Source: Geopsychrobacteraceae bacterium (GTDB taxonomy: Bacteria; Desulfobacterota; Desulfuromonadia; Desulfuromonadales; Geopsychrobacteraceae). Taken from it: a DNA stretch of 64,000 nucleotides. The notes beneath the pieces are model-generated. The model did no database searches and was not told where the DNA came from. It was given only the letters and a program-made list of their open reading frames with translations. The translations under genes were made by a program, and so were the position numbers. Of this stretch, positions 61,402-64,000 are shown in pieces (position 1 is the first letter of the stretch; each line of letters starts with the position of its first letter). The DNA is taken from assembly GCA_963662315.1 (NCBI GenBank), contig OY759353.1:32001-96000 (forward strand). The letters are read 5' to 3'.

Positions 61402-62685
61402 ATGGGCAGGACATTAGCTGAAAAAATTTTTGACAGTCATTTGCGTGACGAACCCTTTGCCGGCACAAAAGTTCTCGATCTCGATCGGGTTTTGTGTCAC
61501 GAAATTACCACCCCGGTCGCTATTGCCGATCTGGTCTGGCGTGACAAGGACAGGGTCTTTGACAAGGACAAGATCAAGGTTGTCATTGATCACGTTACTC
61601 CGGCGAAAGATTCCAAGACCGCAACCCAGGCCAAAATCCTGCGGGATTGGGCTCGGCGGCACGAAATTCCTGACTTTTTTGATGTCGGTCGTAATGGGGT
61701 GTGTCATGCTATTTTCCCGGAAAAGGGTTATATCCGCCCTGGGTTCACGGTCATTATGGGGGACAGCCACACCTGTACCCACGGGGCCTTCGGGGCTTTT
61801 GCGGCAGGTGTCGGAACCACTGATCTCGAAGTGGGTATTCTCAAAGGGGTTTGCGCTTTCCGTGAACCCGCTTCCATAAAGGTCAATCTGACCGGCCGTC
61901 TGGCCACAGGGGTTTATGCCAAAGATGTCATTCTTCATGTCATTGCCCAACTGGGCATGAATGGTGCCACTGATCATGTTATTGAGTTCAGAGGTCCGGT
62001 TGTTGATGCCATGAGTATGGAAGCCCGGATGACGCTCTGTAATATGGCCATTGAGGCAGGTGGAACTTCCGGTATCTGTATGCCGGACATGGTGACCGTT
62101 GACTATTTGTGGGATTTCATCAAGGACGATTACGCCGACAAAGCAGCTGCTTTGGCCGACTATCAGCAGTGGGTTTCTGACGACGACGCAGTCTATGCCA
62201 AAGTGCTCGATATTGATGTGACGAATCTCGAGCCTCAGGCCACTTTTGACTACAAGCCTGATTGCGTCAAAGCCGTTAAGGACCTGGCCGGGACCCGGGT
62301 GGATCAGATCTATATCGGAACCTGCACCAACGGACGGATTGAAGATCTGCGCCAGGCGGCTGAAATCCTCAAAGGGCGTAAAATTGCTGATTCCGTGCGT
62401 GCCATTGTTTCACCGGCGACACCGAAGATCTTTAATGATGCTCTGGCTGAAGGGCTGATTCAGATTTTTATGGATGCTGGCTTCTGTGTTACCAATCCCA
62501 CCTGTGGTGCCTGTCTGGGGATGAGTAACGGGGTTCTCGCAGAAGGTGAAGTTTGTGCTTCGACCAGTAACCGTAATTTTAACGGGCGGATGGGTAAGGG
62601 TGGCATGGTTCATCTGATGAGCCCGGCAACCGCTGCGGCAAGTGCCATCACCGGTGTTATCACCGATGCCAGAACCCTCGCTTAG
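61402..62685 (+). CDS. leuC: 3-isopropylmalate dehydratase large subunit
   Basis: GDSHTCTHGA, GTCTNGR, CGACLG and STSNRNF motifs. Confidence 0.94.
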   Translation: MGRTLAEKIFDSHLRDEPFAGTKVLDLDRVLCHEITTPVAIADLVWRDKDRVFDKDKIKVVIDHVTPAKDSKTATQAKILRDWARRHEIPDFFDVGRNGVCHAIFPEKGYIRPGFTVIMGDSHTCTHGAFGAFAAGVGTTDLEVGILKGVCAFREPASIKVNLTGRLATGVYAKDVILHVIAQLGMNGATDHVIEFRGPVVDAMSMEARMTLCNMAIEAGGTSGICMPDMVTVDYLWDFIKDDYADKAAALADYQQWVSDDDAVYAKVLDIDVTNLEPQATFDYKPDCVKAVKDLAGTRVDQIYIGTCTNGRIEDLRQAAEILKGRKIADSVRAIVSPATPKIFNDALAEGLIQIFMDAGFCVTNPTCGACLGMSNGVLAEGEVCASTSNRNFNGRMGKGGMVHLMSPATAAASAITGVITDARTLA

Positions 62686-62700
62686 TTCAGGAGTTTAATC

Positions 62701-63231
62701 ATGCAGAAAAAATTTGGTGGAACGGCCATTTTTCTTGACCGCTCCGATATCAATACCGATGAAATCATTCCGGCCAAGTATTTGACCGAGGTCACTAAAG
62801 AGGCGTTGCGTCCGTATATCCTTGAAGATCTGAAACTTGAAGGGTTTGACCCTAAAGGGAATAAGCTTCAAGAAGCTACCGTGGTTATTTCCCGTGAGAA
62901 CTTCGGTTGTGGTTCTTCGCGCGAACATGCCCCGTGGGTGTTTGAGGTGAACGACGTGCATACGATTATCGCCGAAAGTTACGCCCGTATTTTCCGTCAG
63001 AATATGTTCAACTGCGGAATGCTTGCCATTGAATTGCCAAAGGCCGATATTGATGCTCTGATCTCCCTGCAGGAGCAGGGGGCTGTGGTGATTTCTGTTG
63101 ATCTTGATCTGCAGAATGTCTCCGCAACTGCAGGCTCGGAGACAAAAACGTTCAGCTTTAATATTTCCGCTTTTGACAAGGCTCTGGTCGAGGCTGGCGG
63201 CTGGGTCGAGTTTGCAGATGCCAGATACTGA
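62701..63231 (+). CDS. leuD: 3-isopropylmalate dehydratase small subunit
   Basis: INTDEIIPA and NFGCGSSREHA motifs. Confidence 0.94.
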   Translation: MQKKFGGTAIFLDRSDINTDEIIPAKYLTEVTKEALRPYILEDLKLEGFDPKGNKLQEATVVISRENFGCGSSREHAPWVFEVNDVHTIIAESYARIFRQNMFNCGMLAIELPKADIDALISLQEQGAVVISVDLDLQNVSATAGSETKTFSFNISAFDKALVEAGGWVEFADARY

Positions 63232-63316
63232 AAATCACCGGTATAGGAACCGGTGATTTTCAGATCACTAAGTTACTGTTTTAAGATCACGCGAACCTGC
63301 TGTTAGGCAGGTTCGC
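63228..63316. terminator. Two hairpins between convergent leuD and dsbC
   Basis: CTGAAAATCACCGGT...ACCGGTGATTTTCAG and GCGAACCTGC...GCAGGTTCGC. Confidence 0.6.
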
Positions 63317-63317
63317 T

Positions 63318-64000
63318 CTATTTGCTTTTATTGATTTCCTCAAGCAATACATCCAGCGGTCGGTACCCGGGAACGATCTGGCCGTTTGGCATAATCATGG
63401 TTGGAGTACCACGAATCCCAAGTTGCTGGGCGAGTTGCACATTTTTTTCCGGCGCGTCTGTCTGACAGGTTGGCTCGGGCAGGGATTTCCCGGCAAAGGC
63501 AAGCTCCAGCTGTTCCATTGACTGGTTGCAGACAATGGTCCGGGAAATTTCTTTTGAGCTTTGCTTAAATGGTGAAATCTTTATCTTGAAGGTCAACGAC
63601 GGGTCTTTGTCAACGGCTTCATGCAGTACCTGGTGTAGTTTGCTGCAATAAGGACAATGCGGATCAGTAAAGACGATTATTGGCCGCTTGTTGTCCGCCG
63701 CACCGAGGGTGAGAGCATCGTCCAGAGGAATGGCCGATACATCGACAGGGTTGAGTGCTTTGTAAGCTTCTTCAGTCAGGTTGACCCGGTTTTTAATCAG
63801 GATGATGTTGCCGCTGAACAGATAGGTTCCGGTGGAATCGATGTAAAGCGGATAGATTTTCCCCTGCATCTTCATGTTGACCTGCAATATTCCGGGAATG
63901 TCTGTTGCGGCCACAGACTCGACGTCCCCCTGAATGCCACTGAGAATTTTAATAACGGCCTCCTTGTCCAGAAGTTGTGGATTCTCCGTGGCCGCCGAGA
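63318..64000 (-). CDS. dsbC: DsbC-family thiol:disulfide isomerase (5' end outside the window)
   Basis: VFTDPHCPYC and GIRGTP motifs. The frame stays open to the window edge. Confidence 0.85.
   Translation of the reverse strand, partial: SAATENPQLLDKEAVIKILSGIQGDVESVAATDIPGILQVNMKMQGKIYPLYIDSTGTYLFSGNIILIKNRVNLTEEAYKALNPVDVSAIPLDDALTLGAADNKRPIIVFTDPHCPYCSKLHQVLHEAVDKDPSLTFKIKISPFKQSSKEISRTIVCNQSMEQLELAFAGKSLPEPTCQTDAPEKNVQLAQQLGIRGTPTMIMPNGQIVPGYRPLDVLLEEINKSK

Overview
A bacterial chromosome segment, most likely from the Desulfuromonadales (inferred from gene order and protein styles, not from a search). The left part (1 to ~28.2 kb) is an accessory type VI secretion (T6SS) region. It has a minus-strand structural operon (TagH C-terminal-like gene, tssJ, tssK, tssL, tssM, tagF, tssA, tssB, tssC running off the left edge) and a divergent vgrG. 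After vgrG come a 943-aa protein with a full calcineurin-like metallophosphoesterase motif set (candidate new T6SS effector) and two signal-peptide-bearing pentapeptide-repeat paralogs (candidate immunity proteins). The second paralog is split by two tandem IS1380 elements. The region then holds an internally deleted IS3, a PstS-like/PAS hybrid-kinase pair, a decayed IS66 and a 111-bp relic of a second vgrG. The middle has a HEAT-repeat/HD-GYP pair, a collapsed tRNA-Leu-like relic, a YiiX-like amidase/glycosyltransferase/lipoprotein cluster, mgsA, tgt, an orphan Cas6-like gene with no CRISPR array in the window, eno, a GT2 and ahcY. The right part is core genome: lptGF, rpsB-tsf-pyrH-frr-ferredoxin-uppS-cdsA-dxr-rseP-tsaB, ilvBN-psd-pssA, a Leu T-box, leuACD and a partial dsbC. 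All calls come from reading motifs by eye; no database searches were run.
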